From Gammaproteobacteria bacterium (GTDB lineage Bacteria > Pseudomonadota > Gammaproteobacteria > Eutrophobiales > Eutrophobiaceae), in NCBI GenBank assembly GCA_965202915.1, contig OZ241847.1, positions 1,601,288-1,665,287 on the forward strand: DNA of 64,000 bases. The letters are read 5' to 3'. Shown here piece by piece: positions 1 to 9,939 of this stretch. Position 1 is the stretch's first letter, and every line of letters starts with the position of its first letter. The position numbers and the translations under genes were made by a program. The notes beneath the pieces were generated by a model that was given only the letters and a program-made list of their open reading frames with translations, had not been told where the DNA came from and did not search any database.

Positions 1-2092
1 CGGTGTCCGTTTCGGCGGCACGCTAACCATAGAGGACGCATGGGAATTCGGTTTCGATCATATCGCCATCGCAACCGGGGCGGGGAAGCCGACTATTATC
101 GGCTTGAAAAATAATCTGATCCGCGGCATTCGTAAGGCCTCTGATTTTCTAATGGCCCTGCAATTAACCGGTGCGGCAAAGGAATCGTCCATCGCCAATT
201 TGCAGTTGCGTTTGCCCGCGGGTGTTATTGGCGGTGGCTTGACGGCACTGGATACCGCCACCGAGGTGATGGCCTATTATCCGACCCAGGTTGAAAAAAT
301 ATTAAAGCGCTATGAAAAACTCGCCGATAGATACGGTGAAGATCACGTCAGGGCGATGTACGACGAGGAGGAACTGTTTATCCTGGATGAATTTATCGAA
401 CACGCCAAAGCGGTCAGATCGGAACGTCGACGCGCCCAGGCAGAGCATGCAATCCCGGACTTTCGGCCCTTGATTGATCAATGGGGGGGAGTGACCGTAT
501 TTTACCGCAAGGGCATTAAGGATTCACCCGCCTACCGCCAGAATCATGAAGAGATTCACGCGGCAACCTGTGAAGGGGTCCAATTTGCCGAGGGCCTGAG
601 CCCGATTGAGGCGATTGAGGACCAATACGCGGCGCTGAGAGCGGTAAAATTCAACCGACTCAGGCAACTGGATCAAGGCAAATGGGTGGATAACGATGAT
701 CACGTCACCATCCCGCTGAAAAGTCTTTTTATTGCCGCCGGCACTTCCCCGAACACCATTTATGAACAGGAGCATCCCTATTCATTTCGTATGGATGAAA
801 AGTTTTTCAAACGCTATGAACCGAAATGGAATGAGGCGGACGCGCCCGAATTGGTGCCCATGGATGACGCGGCCCATCCAAAGCTGGGAAAGCCGGCGCC
901 GATGACTTCATACCATAAAAATGGCAAATTCATATCCTTCTACGGTGATAATCATCCGGTTTATGCGGGTAAAGTGGTCAATGCAATGGCAAGTGCGAGA
1001 GACGGTTATCCCTATATAACAAAATTGTTTGCCCATGATTTGGCGAAACTTGAGCCGTCGCGGCAGGATGAGCGTGATAATGCCTTGAGGAAGTTCTTTG
1101 CGGCACTGCATGAGCAATTGTCTGCAACGGTGGTCAAGGTCAACAGGCTCGCGCCGACGATTATAGAGGTGATCGTGCATGCGCCCCTGCAGGCGAATAA
1201 ATTTGAACCGGGACAATTTTATCGGGTACAAAATCTGGAAGCGCACGCGCTGGTTTATGACGACACCGTCCTGGTTGCGGAAGGTTTGGCATTGACCGGT
1301 GCCTGGGTGGATAAAGACAAAGGATTGATATCGCTGATCACGCTTGAAATGGGGAGTTCGTCCCGCTTATGCGCATTGTGGCGCCCCGGTGACAGCATAA
1401 TCGTCATGGGCGTGACCGGCGAAGCCACCCATATTCCACGCCACCAGACCGTGATGCTGGTTGGCGGCGGCCTGGGCAATGCCGTACAATTCTCGATAGG
1501 CAAGGCACTGCGCGCCGCGGGCAGTAAGGTCATTTACTTTGCCGGTTACAAAAAGCCGGAAGACGTTTTTAAGGTGAATGATATTGAGGCCGCGTCAGAT
1601 CTTATTGTGTGGGCGGTGGACTATGCCGATGATCGCAAACCGATACCGATCACCAGAAAACAGGACAAAAGCCACGTTGGTAATATATTGGATGCGATTG
1701 AGGCCTATGCCCGCGGAGCGCTGGGCGAAGGTGATATCGATCTAAAAGACGTCGATCATATGATCGTAATTGGTTCTGATCGGATGATGGCGGCCGTTAA
1801 ACAAGCACGGCATGATCGGCTTAAACCTTATCTGAGACAAAATCACACGGCAATAGGTTCCATCAATTCACCGATGCAATGCATGATGAAAGGCGTTTGT
1901 GCCCAATGTTTATGTAAGCACGTTTCGCCGGATACCGGGGAAGAATATTTTGTGTATTCCTGTTACAACCAGGACCAGGAGTTAGACCGGGTCGATTTCA
2001 ATCATTTGCATGCGCGATTGAGACAAAACAGTGTGCAGGAAAAACTATCTAATCTTTGGCTTGATTATTTGTTTGAGTCCAACTCTGCTTAA
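1..2092 (+). CDS. 5'-partial FAD/NAD(P)-binding oxidoreductase. The N-terminal part resembles a pyridine-nucleotide-disulfide oxidoreductase or glutamate synthase small subunit. It is fused to a PyrK-like ferredoxin-reductase domain with a C-terminal Cys cluster.
   Basis: The frame is open from the window edge, with no stop upstream of nt 104. There is a dinucleotide-binding motif 'AIATGAGKP' at the edge. An FNR-like module is present ('QFYRV', 'MLVGGGLGNAVQF'). The C-terminus carries a 'CMMKGVCAQCLCKH' Cys motif. Confidence 0.5.
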   Translation, partial: GVRFGGTLTIEDAWEFGFDHIAIATGAGKPTIIGLKNNLIRGIRKASDFLMALQLTGAAKESSIANLQLRLPAGVIGGGLTALDTATEVMAYYPTQVEKILKRYEKLADRYGEDHVRAMYDEEELFILDEFIEHAKAVRSERRRAQAEHAIPDFRPLIDQWGGVTVFYRKGIKDSPAYRQNHEEIHAATCEGVQFAEGLSPIEAIEDQYAALRAVKFNRLRQLDQGKWVDNDDHVTIPLKSLFIAAGTSPNTIYEQEHPYSFRMDEKFFKRYEPKWNEADAPELVPMDDAAHPKLGKPAPMTSYHKNGKFISFYGDNHPVYAGKVVNAMASARDGYPYITKLFAHDLAKLEPSRQDERDNALRKFFAALHEQLSATVVKVNRLAPTIIEVIVHAPLQANKFEPGQFYRVQNLEAHALVYDDTVLVAEGLALTGAWVDKDKGLISLITLEMGSSSRLCALWRPGDSIIVMGVTGEATHIPRHQTVMLVGGGLGNAVQFSIGKALRAAGSKVIYFAGYKKPEDVFKVNDIEAASDLIVWAVDYADDRKPIPITRKQDKSHVGNILDAIEAYARGALGEGDIDLKDVDHMIVIGSDRMMAAVKQARHDRLKPYLRQNHTAIGSINSPMQCMMKGVCAQCLCKHVSPDTGEEYFVYSCYNQDQELDRVDFNHLHARLRQNSVQEKLSNLWLDYLFESNSA

Positions 2093-2239
2093 GCCAATCG
2101 GCACTCTTCTCTTATTGAATGAGCCCTTAATGTGATATACTCGGAACTATAGTTTTTACTGCTTGGCCGCTGTTTTTCTTGTTGCCAGGCAAAAATTGGT
2201 GCCAAGCCTTTTCATATCCATTACAGTTGAGTAATACAT

Positions 2240-3091
2240 TTGACGCACGAAATATCTACTGAAGACATCTCAATGCCATTGGTGGTTATGAAAAAATCTA
2301 AATTTGCCACCAATCGATGCGCATTTCATGATGATAAAAAGGGGGGGTGGTTATACCAAGCAAACTGTTTGGAGTTTATGGATAAGCTGATAGAAATGTA
2401 TCCTTCGGGAAAATTTGACATGATTTTTGCTGATCCACCCTACTTTCTTTCAAATGGCGGGATTAGTTGTCATGCTGGCAAAATGGTCAAGGTGGATAAA
2501 GGGGATTGGGATAAATCTCGAGGGGCCAAATTGAATCATGAATTTAACTTGTCTTGGTTGTCAAGATGTCAAACACTACTCAACCCTCATGGAACCATCT
2601 GGGTGTCAGGCACACATCATGTTATTTATTCGATTGGCTATGCCATGCAACAGTTGAATATGAAAATACTAAATGATATTTCTTGGGAAAAACCCAACCC
2701 CCCACCTAATTTGTCCTGTAGATACTTTACCCACTCAACCGAAACTATTATTTGGGCTGCAAAAAATGAAAAGTCAAAACACACATTCAACTATCATGAT
2801 ATGAGAAGCAAGAATAATAAAAAGCAAATGAAAACTGTGTGGAAAATCAAGCCTCCCCAGAAAGAAGAAAAACTGTTTGGCAAACATCCCACGCAAAAGC
2901 CATTGCAACTTTTAGAACGGATAATTCTGGCAAGTACTGTCCCACAAAATTTAGTATTTGATCCATTTTCTGGTAGCTCAACAACCGGGGTAGCTGCCCT
3001 ATGCAATGGAAGAAAGTTTGTAGGTTGTGAATTAGAAAAAGATTTTATTTCTATATCCAAAAAACGCCTTCAAAAAATTATTAGTAAGTGA
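2240..3091 (+). CDS. Beta-class DNA methyltransferase (N6-adenine or N4-cytosine).
   Basis: Motif IV 'FADPPY' precedes C-terminal motif I 'DPFSGSSTTGVAA', a circularly permuted beta-class order. The coding sequence is AT-rich. The true start is probably the internal ATG at 2273 ('MPLVVMKK'). Confidence 0.85.
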   Translation: MTHEISTEDISMPLVVMKKSKFATNRCAFHDDKKGGWLYQANCLEFMDKLIEMYPSGKFDMIFADPPYFLSNGGISCHAGKMVKVDKGDWDKSRGAKLNHEFNLSWLSRCQTLLNPHGTIWVSGTHHVIYSIGYAMQQLNMKILNDISWEKPNPPPNLSCRYFTHSTETIIWAAKNEKSKHTFNYHDMRSKNNKKQMKTVWKIKPPQKEEKLFGKHPTQKPLQLLERIILASTVPQNLVFDPFSGSSTTGVAALCNGRKFVGCELEKDFISISKKRLQKIISK

Positions 3092-3127
3092 AGGCATAAC
3101 ATCGTTTAATATTTTAGGAACCATAAA

Positions 3128-3664
3128 ATGAAAGAGGGCGGCAAAGGCGGAGGAAGAACCATTACTGGTTTGAACTTTGAAGACAAAGTCGATTTCTTGA
3201 CTCTGATTAAAGATATACCTAATTACAGTATTAAAAACCCTCAAAAAAAAGTAGGATGTGAAATTTACTATCGTCATAAATTAGTTGCACGGAGCTTTAA
3301 GAAACATGATTTTTATAATTTTTTGACCGAGGAAAAAATAGAATGGAACACTCTAATATCTGCGAAACTCTTACCGGATGATGCTTTGCTTGTTATTGTT
3401 CGAGAAACTTTATTTATTATTGAAGTAAAGTATCAGAAGGTGTCCGGATCTGTAGATGAAAAATTACAAACTTGTGACTTTAAACGGAAGAAATATCAAA
3501 AATTAGTTTCTTCATTGAACTTGAAAGTAGAGTATGTGTATGTTTTAAATGATTGGTTTAAACAGCCGAAATATAAAGACGTTCTTGATTATGTACATAG
3601 CGTCAATTGTCACTATAAATTTAATGAACTGCCGTTAACATGGTTAGGGTTGCCTACAGATTAG
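3128..3664 (+). CDS. Putative type II restriction endonuclease (PD-(D/E)xK), partner of the upstream methyltransferase.
   Basis: It lies 37 nt downstream of the methyltransferase on the same strand, with an AGGAA ribosome-binding site. Candidate catalytic motif 'PDDALLVIVRETLFIIEVKYQK' (PD, then E-x-K). Low GC. Confidence 0.5.
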   Translation: MKEGGKGGGRTITGLNFEDKVDFLTLIKDIPNYSIKNPQKKVGCEIYYRHKLVARSFKKHDFYNFLTEEKIEWNTLISAKLLPDDALLVIVRETLFIIEVKYQKVSGSVDEKLQTCDFKRKKYQKLVSSLNLKVEYVYVLNDWFKQPKYKDVLDYVHSVNCHYKFNELPLTWLGLPTD

Positions 3665-3775
3665 TTCTAACAAGCCATCCTTGATGCACTGTATGGAGCA
3701 GTTGAGATTCTTATTACTGCTTTTTGTGTCCCTTAGAAAATAGAATCATATTTGTCATTGAAATAAAGCCTTCTC

Positions 3776-4687
3776 ATGCAGGCAATAGAAATTAAAAACC
3801 TGAAAAAAATTTACCGTAACGGCTATTGTGCGTTACATGGTATTGATTTAAGCGTTGAACAGGGTGATTTCTTCGCATTATTGGGCCCAAACGGCGCGGG
3901 CAAGTCCACCACCATAGGCATCATTTGCAGTCTGATCAATAAATCACAAGGCATCGTCAAAATATACGGGCATGATATCGATATGGAAAATGACGCCGCA
4001 AAATCGACCCTTGGTATCGTGCCTCAGGAGGTCAATTTCTCGCAATTTGAATCCTGTCTTGAAATCGTATTAAACCAGGGTGGCTACTATGGCGTCCCCA
4101 GAAAACTGGCCCACAAACGTGCGGCAAAGTATTTGACTCAGCTTGGATTATGGGAGAGGCGCAATGATCGTTCCGGGGACCTGTCGGGCGGGTTAAAACG
4201 CCGATTAATGATAGCGCGTGCTCTTATACATGAGCCTGCAATCCTGATTCTCGACGAACCGACCGCGGGTGTCGACGTGGAATTGCGCCGTTCCATGTGG
4301 GATTTTCTGATCGAGATAAATAATAACGGTACAACAATTTTACTTACCACTCATTACCTTGAAGAAGCGGAACGCTTATGCAAGAACGTTGCCATCATCG
4401 ACGCCGGCAGGATTATCAAAAACACCTCATTAAAAGAATTACTGCATACCCTTAATAAAGAAACCTATATGCTGGATCTGGCCGCGCCATTTGAACGTCT
4501 TCCGGCAGTCAATGATTATGAATTAACCCTGGTGGATAACTTTACCGTGGAAGTGGAAATAGAACGTGAAAAGACTCTTAATGCGTTGTTTGCCGAGTTG
4601 AACAGACATAATATTGTCGTCACCGGTATAAGAAGCAAATCAAACAGGCTTGAGGAATTGTTTTTGTCATTGGTTGATACTAAATAA
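3776..4687 (+). CDS. ABC transporter ATP-binding protein (ABC-2 / YadG-like).
   Basis: Walker A 'GPNGAGKST', ABC signature 'LSGGLKRRL' and Walker B 'ILILDEP'. Confidence 0.9.
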   Translation: MQAIEIKNLKKIYRNGYCALHGIDLSVEQGDFFALLGPNGAGKSTTIGIICSLINKSQGIVKIYGHDIDMENDAAKSTLGIVPQEVNFSQFESCLEIVLNQGGYYGVPRKLAHKRAAKYLTQLGLWERRNDRSGDLSGGLKRRLMIARALIHEPAILILDEPTAGVDVELRRSMWDFLIEINNNGTTILLTTHYLEEAERLCKNVAIIDAGRIIKNTSLKELLHTLNKETYMLDLAAPFERLPAVNDYELTLVDNFTVEVEIEREKTLNALFAELNRHNIVVTGIRSKSNRLEELFLSLVDTK

Positions 4688-4692
4688 AAGTC

Positions 4693-5469
4693 ATGCGGAT
4701 TAATTCAAGAATAATGGTCGCCTTTAATACAATAGTTATTAAGGAAATTACCAGGGTGCTGCGTATATGGGTACAAACCATAATCCCGCCGGCAATCAGT
4801 ATGTCTCTGTATTTTATTATTTTTGGCAATCTTATCGGTGCAAGAGTCGGCCCCATGAACGGCTTGAATTATATTGAATATATCGCCCCGGGCATTATCA
4901 TGATGGCCGTCATAAATAATTCTTACGCCAACGTCGTGTCGTCTTTTTTCAGTGCAAAATTTCAGAAGCATATTGAAGAGATGTTGATTGCACCGATCCC
5001 TAATATCGTGATCCTGCTGGGGTTTGTGGCCGGCGGAGTGGTACGGGGTTTGTTGGTCGGATTGATCGTTACCTTCATTGCGTTATTCTTTACCGACCTG
5101 AGCATTTATAATTTGCCCATAGTTTGCCTGGTGGTGCTGATGACCTCGATACTGTTTGCACTGGGAGGGTTCATCAATGCCATATTCGCAAACAGATTCG
5201 ATGATATTTCCATCATACCGACTTTTATTTTGACCCCGCTGATATATCTGGGCGGCGTTTTTTATACTATCAGCCTGTTGCCGGAAGTGTGGCAGACCAT
5301 ATCGCTGTTGAATCCAATTCTATACATGGTCAATACCTTCAGGTACGGCATGCTGGGTGTATCGGATATTGCCATCGTTGATGCCTTTATCATAATCAGC
5401 CTGTTTATTATCGTATTGACAACTGTTGCCCTGTATTTATTGAATAAGGGGGTCGGCATCAAAACCTGA
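4693..5469 (+). CDS. ABC-2 family transporter permease.
   Basis: Six-TM hydrophobic profile. It sits 6 nt downstream of the ATPase gene and is YadH-like. Confidence 0.85.
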   Translation: MRINSRIMVAFNTIVIKEITRVLRIWVQTIIPPAISMSLYFIIFGNLIGARVGPMNGLNYIEYIAPGIIMMAVINNSYANVVSSFFSAKFQKHIEEMLIAPIPNIVILLGFVAGGVVRGLLVGLIVTFIALFFTDLSIYNLPIVCLVVLMTSILFALGGFINAIFANRFDDISIIPTFILTPLIYLGGVFYTISLLPEVWQTISLLNPILYMVNTFRYGMLGVSDIAIVDAFIIISLFIIVLTTVALYLLNKGVGIKT

Positions 5470-5709
5470 CCGCGCCTGCCTTCCTTGAAGAGGAGGTGGT
5501 TTATGGGGACTATCCTTGAACTTCGGGACTTTTCATACGAAACGTGAATTGGAAAGGAACTGATCGAACCGGTCTCTCAGCCTGATTTTATTCGCGACAA
5601 GACCGCAGTCTTCCTGTTCCGCGATCCCCGCGACATTTCTGCACAATCTACGATCATTATTTTGTAAGTGTAAGAAGGAAACAAGCTGACATCCGGCCTT
5701 CCGTCAGCA

Positions 5710-6999
5710 CTACAGCATAAATGACAGTACGGTCGCCGTGCCGAGAAAGGCAAAGAATCCGGCTACATCGGTAACCGTTGTCAGTATAATCGATGCCGCA
5801 GTTGCAGGGTCCTGACCGAAACGAATTAAGAGAATCGGAACCAGGGCTCCCGCAATTCCCGCCGCTATCATTGACAGCACCATGGCGACCGCAATCACCA
5901 TGGCCAGACCTAAACTGCCACTCCATACAAAAACGCCCAAACCACAGGTAAATGCCAGTGCGATTCCATCGACCCCCCCGATGATGACTTCTTTGTTCAG
6001 TATGCGCTTCCAGTCTTTTATACTTATCTCTTTAAGGGCGATTCCCCGCATGGTGACGGCGAGTGCTTGAGAACCCGCATTCCCGGACTGACCGGCGACT
6101 ACCGGCAGTAATACGGCGAGTGCAGTGAACTGCGCGATCAGGCTTTCGAATAAACTGACCACCGCAGCGGCTGCAAACGCCGTCAAGAGATTTATATGTA
6201 ACCAGGGTAAGCGACGTTTGATGGCGAAAGAGGGCGGAGAGAGCGAGCGTTCATCGGCGCTACCCCCAACCATGCGCAGCAGGTCGGCTGAGGCATCGTC
6301 TTCGATGACTTCAAACAGTTCCTGATAGCGCACCACTCCTATGAGCCGTCCTTCAGAGTCCACAACCGGAACAGAATCCAGGCGAGTCTTATTCAGGAAT
6401 TCGACGATGTCATCTTTGTGCGCATTGGCTGTTACCGCAACTTTGGAATGGTGAAGAATCTTTTTTAATTCGTCCCCCGGTTCAACTAACGCCAATTCCT
6501 GCACGTTTAGGTGGCCAATCAATTTCTTTTGTTCATCTACAACATAAACGGACCTGGCGCTATGTACTTTGGACTCTCTTAGTCTGGTTCTGATTTCATC
6601 CAGGCTCATATTGACGTGAACTTCTATGGTCTTATCCATAAGCCGTCCGGCGGAATTTTCGGGATAGTTAAGAAAGCGTTCTATTTCAGTGCGCGTGACG
6701 CGGTCCAGAGAGTCGAGCAACTCAGTGTGTGCGTCTTCACTCAATTCAGATATCAATTGAACGCCCAATCGCGGCGAAGCCAGGCGTAGGACGGCTATTT
6801 TGTGGCTTTGATTCAATTGCTCAAATGTATGAGTCGCACGACTGGACGCAAGGCGGTCTAAAACTGCGACTATCGCTTGCGGCGACAGGGAATTAATTTC
6901 TCGCTCAAGTTCGGCGGCACCCATCCGTTCGACGCTCTCTGCCGCCCATCCCGGATGAGATTGGAAGTACATTTCCTTGAGCTCAAGCGCCAGACTCAT
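5710..6999 (-). CDS. mgtE: Magnesium transporter MgtE.
   Basis: MgtE N-domain, tandem CBS pair and a C-terminal five-TM MgtE channel domain ('GNAGSQALAVTMRGIAL'). Confidence 0.9.
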   Translation of the reverse strand: MSLALELKEMYFQSHPGWAAESVERMGAAELEREINSLSPQAIVAVLDRLASSRATHTFEQLNQSHKIAVLRLASPRLGVQLISELSEDAHTELLDSLDRVTRTEIERFLNYPENSAGRLMDKTIEVHVNMSLDEIRTRLRESKVHSARSVYVVDEQKKLIGHLNVQELALVEPGDELKKILHHSKVAVTANAHKDDIVEFLNKTRLDSVPVVDSEGRLIGVVRYQELFEVIEDDASADLLRMVGGSADERSLSPPSFAIKRRLPWLHINLLTAFAAAAVVSLFESLIAQFTALAVLLPVVAGQSGNAGSQALAVTMRGIALKEISIKDWKRILNKEVIIGGVDGIALAFTCGLGVFVWSGSLGLAMVIAVAMVLSMIAAGIAGALVPILLIRFGQDPATAASIILTTVTDVAGFFAFLGTATVLSFML

Positions 7000-7847
7000 G
7001 CCGAGTTGCCTTTTCCGGTAAAAGTGCCAAGTAACGCAGCCAACACGTTCAGGTAAAGTCGCAGCACTGTTTCGAGAAGGTCTTGAACTTTCTCTGCCTG
7101 CGGTTTCGTGTTTCCGGACGCATTTATAACGGCCTCTCTATCAACAACACCCAGAATGCGGTTTTCATGATCAACAACCGGGAGTATGGTGTTATTTCGC
7201 CACTGCTCCGCATCGAGAATTTCTGAAACTGGAGATTCGGCCGGCAATGGTTTCACATATTCTGAAAATTTCTCGAATTCTTCATTGGGGCCGCCTTCAA
7301 CGACACGCCGTGCGTTCATGACTCCCACGTATTGCCCGCCGGTTGATTCAAGCAATACCGGATTTCCCGGTGTGCTGTGTCTGATTAAAGTGAGTGCTGA
7401 CTCGGTATCGATATTTTGAGGCACAATTATCAGTTCGCTGGTAGCCAGTGTCCCAACACTATGGGTTGGATAATTCATAAAGCGTTGCAGGCTGCGGCGG
7501 CGGGGAGTGGCGGGAAGAGTTGCAAGCAATTCCCGACGCTTGCTCTGAGGAAGCCGGGCCAGTATAGCCCTGGCGTTTTCAAGCGGCCCTTTTTCGATGC
7601 ACTCGACAAATTTATCAAAAATTTCAACAACTATGGAATCGAGGGTCGTTGGAGAGAGTTGGGCAAGAACCGCCGAGCAGGAATCAATGGGTAAATCATT
7701 AAGTAGTGATGACGATTCACTTACAGAGGCTCGGTTTATAATGAATGCGAAATCCTTGGGGGCTTTGCCGGCGAAATCGCTCAGTAGCGTTGACTGATCA
7801 GTGCTCATCTTCGTATGCGTGTAATTTGGTTGCGATTGCTGAAACAA
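6996..7847 (-). CDS. Soluble protein with only the MgtE N-domain and a CBS pair (no channel domain).
   Basis: N-domain plus CBS architecture resembling the cytoplasmic part of MgtE, without TM segments. It overlaps the mgtE start by 4 nt. Confidence 0.55.
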   Translation of the reverse strand: MFQQSQPNYTHTKMSTDQSTLLSDFAGKAPKDFAFIINRASVSESSSLLNDLPIDSCSAVLAQLSPTTLDSIVVEIFDKFVECIEKGPLENARAILARLPQSKRRELLATLPATPRRRSLQRFMNYPTHSVGTLATSELIIVPQNIDTESALTLIRHSTPGNPVLLESTGGQYVGVMNARRVVEGGPNEEFEKFSEYVKPLPAESPVSEILDAEQWRNNTILPVVDHENRILGVVDREAVINASGNTKPQAEKVQDLLETVLRLYLNVLAALLGTFTGKGNSA

Positions 7848-8562
7848 ACAGTGAGCCCGGTACGTTGACTATGCCTTCCTCGGTGTCAACTCTTACGCCC
7901 GTTCTGGTGATCTCAACAATTTCACCTTCCACTTCACCCACGCGAATCCGATCCCCGATCCGATAATGTTCAAACTCGGAATGTGCTATAAGGTTTCCTA
8001 CGTAGTCTTTCGCGCCCAGTGAAACGGTCAATGAAAGCGCTCCTCCAACCAGAATTACTATCAACAGCAGTAACTGCGTGATAAAGGTGATATCGATCAA
8101 CATCTGCTGTAATCCCAGCACGATTGCTATCACCATTATCAAAAAGTGGATAAACCTGGGAGCCGGCGAGTCCGGCGTCATCGCTTCGCTCAGGTGTGAA
8201 ACCAGATAGCGTGAAACCACTCCAAGAACATTGCCAACGCCAATGATGACAAACCCGACCAGAATGCGGGGGATGAAGTCGAGAATGTTATTAAACCAGT
8301 TGGAGAACTGCCCTTCTCCCAACATGCTGATGGCAATTACCATTGAGAAGAGTGCAACCACCCAATAAGCGGCTGACTGTGAAAGGCGGATAAGATCGGG
8401 GGATATTACGGTGGCGTCACTGGTTGTATAGCGCGACGTCAATCGATCCAGCAGTGTCAAGATTCGCCCGGATTGATACTGGGTCAGTTTCGCCAGCGCA
8501 AATCCCAGAATCAGTACAACTACTGCTGCGATTTCGGGATGATTTTCAATAAGTTCCGCCAT
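7798..8562 (-). CDS. Mechanosensitive ion channel (MscS family).
   Basis: N-terminal TM helices followed by an MscS beta-domain ('RIGDRIRVGEVEGEIVEI'). Confidence 0.8.
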   Translation of the reverse strand: MAELIENHPEIAAVVVLILGFALAKLTQYQSGRILTLLDRLTSRYTTSDATVISPDLIRLSQSAAYWVVALFSMVIAISMLGEGQFSNWFNNILDFIPRILVGFVIIGVGNVLGVVSRYLVSHLSEAMTPDSPAPRFIHFLIMVIAIVLGLQQMLIDITFITQLLLLIVILVGGALSLTVSLGAKDYVGNLIAHSEFEHYRIGDRIRVGEVEGEIVEITRTGVRVDTEEGIVNVPGSLFVSAIATKLHAYEDEH

Positions 8563-8749
8563 TAATAGGATCCATGTTGAACGCGACCGATTACCACCCT
8601 CATTATTTTGTAGAAAGCAACTGTAGCTTTAAGCTACTTTGGCATTATAAACCGAATTCGGAAAATACGAAAGATTGTTCAGCCAGGGCCTGTTCATTCC
8701 AAATAGCATATCGATGATCAATGCGATAACGTGTGTGGAGGGAAAGTGG

Positions 8750-8880
8750 CGCCGCCTGCGCCGCTTCAACGACCTGGCCAAGGTCATTACGGGAATCACA
8801 TGCAAAGATGGAGTCGAGGTAATAGAATCAAGCCAGGTCGCCGCCTGCCTCAGGTGCTTAAACGCCACTTTTGACAATAG
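8750..8880 (+). repeat. Mobile-element-end-like repeat, copy 1 of 3. It translates as the C-terminal end of a protein ('RFNDLAKVITGITCKDGVEV..SQVAA').
   Basis: About 75-80% identical to 31065-31198 (same orientation) and to 32165-32235 (inverted). Confidence 0.6.
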
Positions 8881-8935
8881 CTCGCAGAATTTTATCAGGG
8901 CCGCGGCCGCGGCTAATAATTTTCAGTTGCCGTGT

Positions 8936-9692
8936 TCAAGCCATTTTTTTAGGCAGTGTTGTGTTAAAGCCGTCAATATGCTCTTGTAGATCTATATTAA
9001 TTTTAGCATACATTGCATCTAAAATAACTTCTATGCCCTCCATTCCAGCCAGTTTAGCAGCCGGGACAAAATCGCTATCACCAGAAATAAGGACAATTTT
9101 TTTAACTAATTTTTTATAGGCAAGTGAAGCAACGTCCAAACCTATTTTCATATCCACTGCTTTTTTGTATAGCGTGATAAACAATATCATTTTCATCTAA
9201 AGTTGTTTTGCTGGGATTGGCGATTAAAGTTCTTTGTTTTTCCGGGTTTTTGACTTTCCAGCGTGCGTTTTTTTCATCTAAGCGACCCAGCCTTAGGGTA
9301 ACATTGTGGGTTTGCTTCAGTAATGTATGTAAATTAAGCCTAAATTGCGCCAAATCGGTTTTAGACAAGTCAATTGCATCATTGGTAATAGGGTGTTTTA
9401 CCTTTTTTGTAAGCGGCGGACAATCGTAGAAAAAGATACGGTAAAGTCGCTCCTGCTCGCTTTTATTAATGTGTTTTAGGCAATGAGTGAGTAAGTCTTT
9501 AGTGATTTTTTGTGCCTCATTTTCCCTGCCAAAACGCCATTTGTAACATTTTAGATAAAAGCCACGATCTACCAATATCGCAACATCTCTCATAATATTC
9601 CTTATAAATATTGATTTATAAAAAAATCCAGAGGCTCGGCAAAAACCTAATTGTCGGTCTTGCTTACTGCTCTGGATTGTGTATGGTTGCAA
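8936..9692 (-). pseudogene. NYN/LabA-like domain protein (predicted PIN-like RNase), disrupted by a frameshift.
   Basis: Two overlapping ORFs (9114-9692 and 8936-9196) together give a complete NYN domain, including the 'LISGDSDF' motif. The frames join at a T6 run at 9161-9166 (A6 on the coding strand). One fewer A restores 'IQKAVDMKIGLD'. Confidence 0.55.
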
Positions 9693-9939
9693 TTATGCCC
9701 AATACAATGGCTCTTTCAAAAAAATATTATATTCATAGTTTCCGGGATACAACAATGGTATGCAATGACGCTCTATCCTGTTACTGTTCAACGATGTCAG
9801 AATTCCTTGTGCTCTTAAACAGCCATCTAACTTTCCATTAAATCGTCATGAGTGAACCAACCCCGAAGCCAAACGTATATGATTAGGCAACCCTACGACA
9901 CTGCTCGGTCCACCAGCAGTCAGCCGGCACCTCAGAAGC

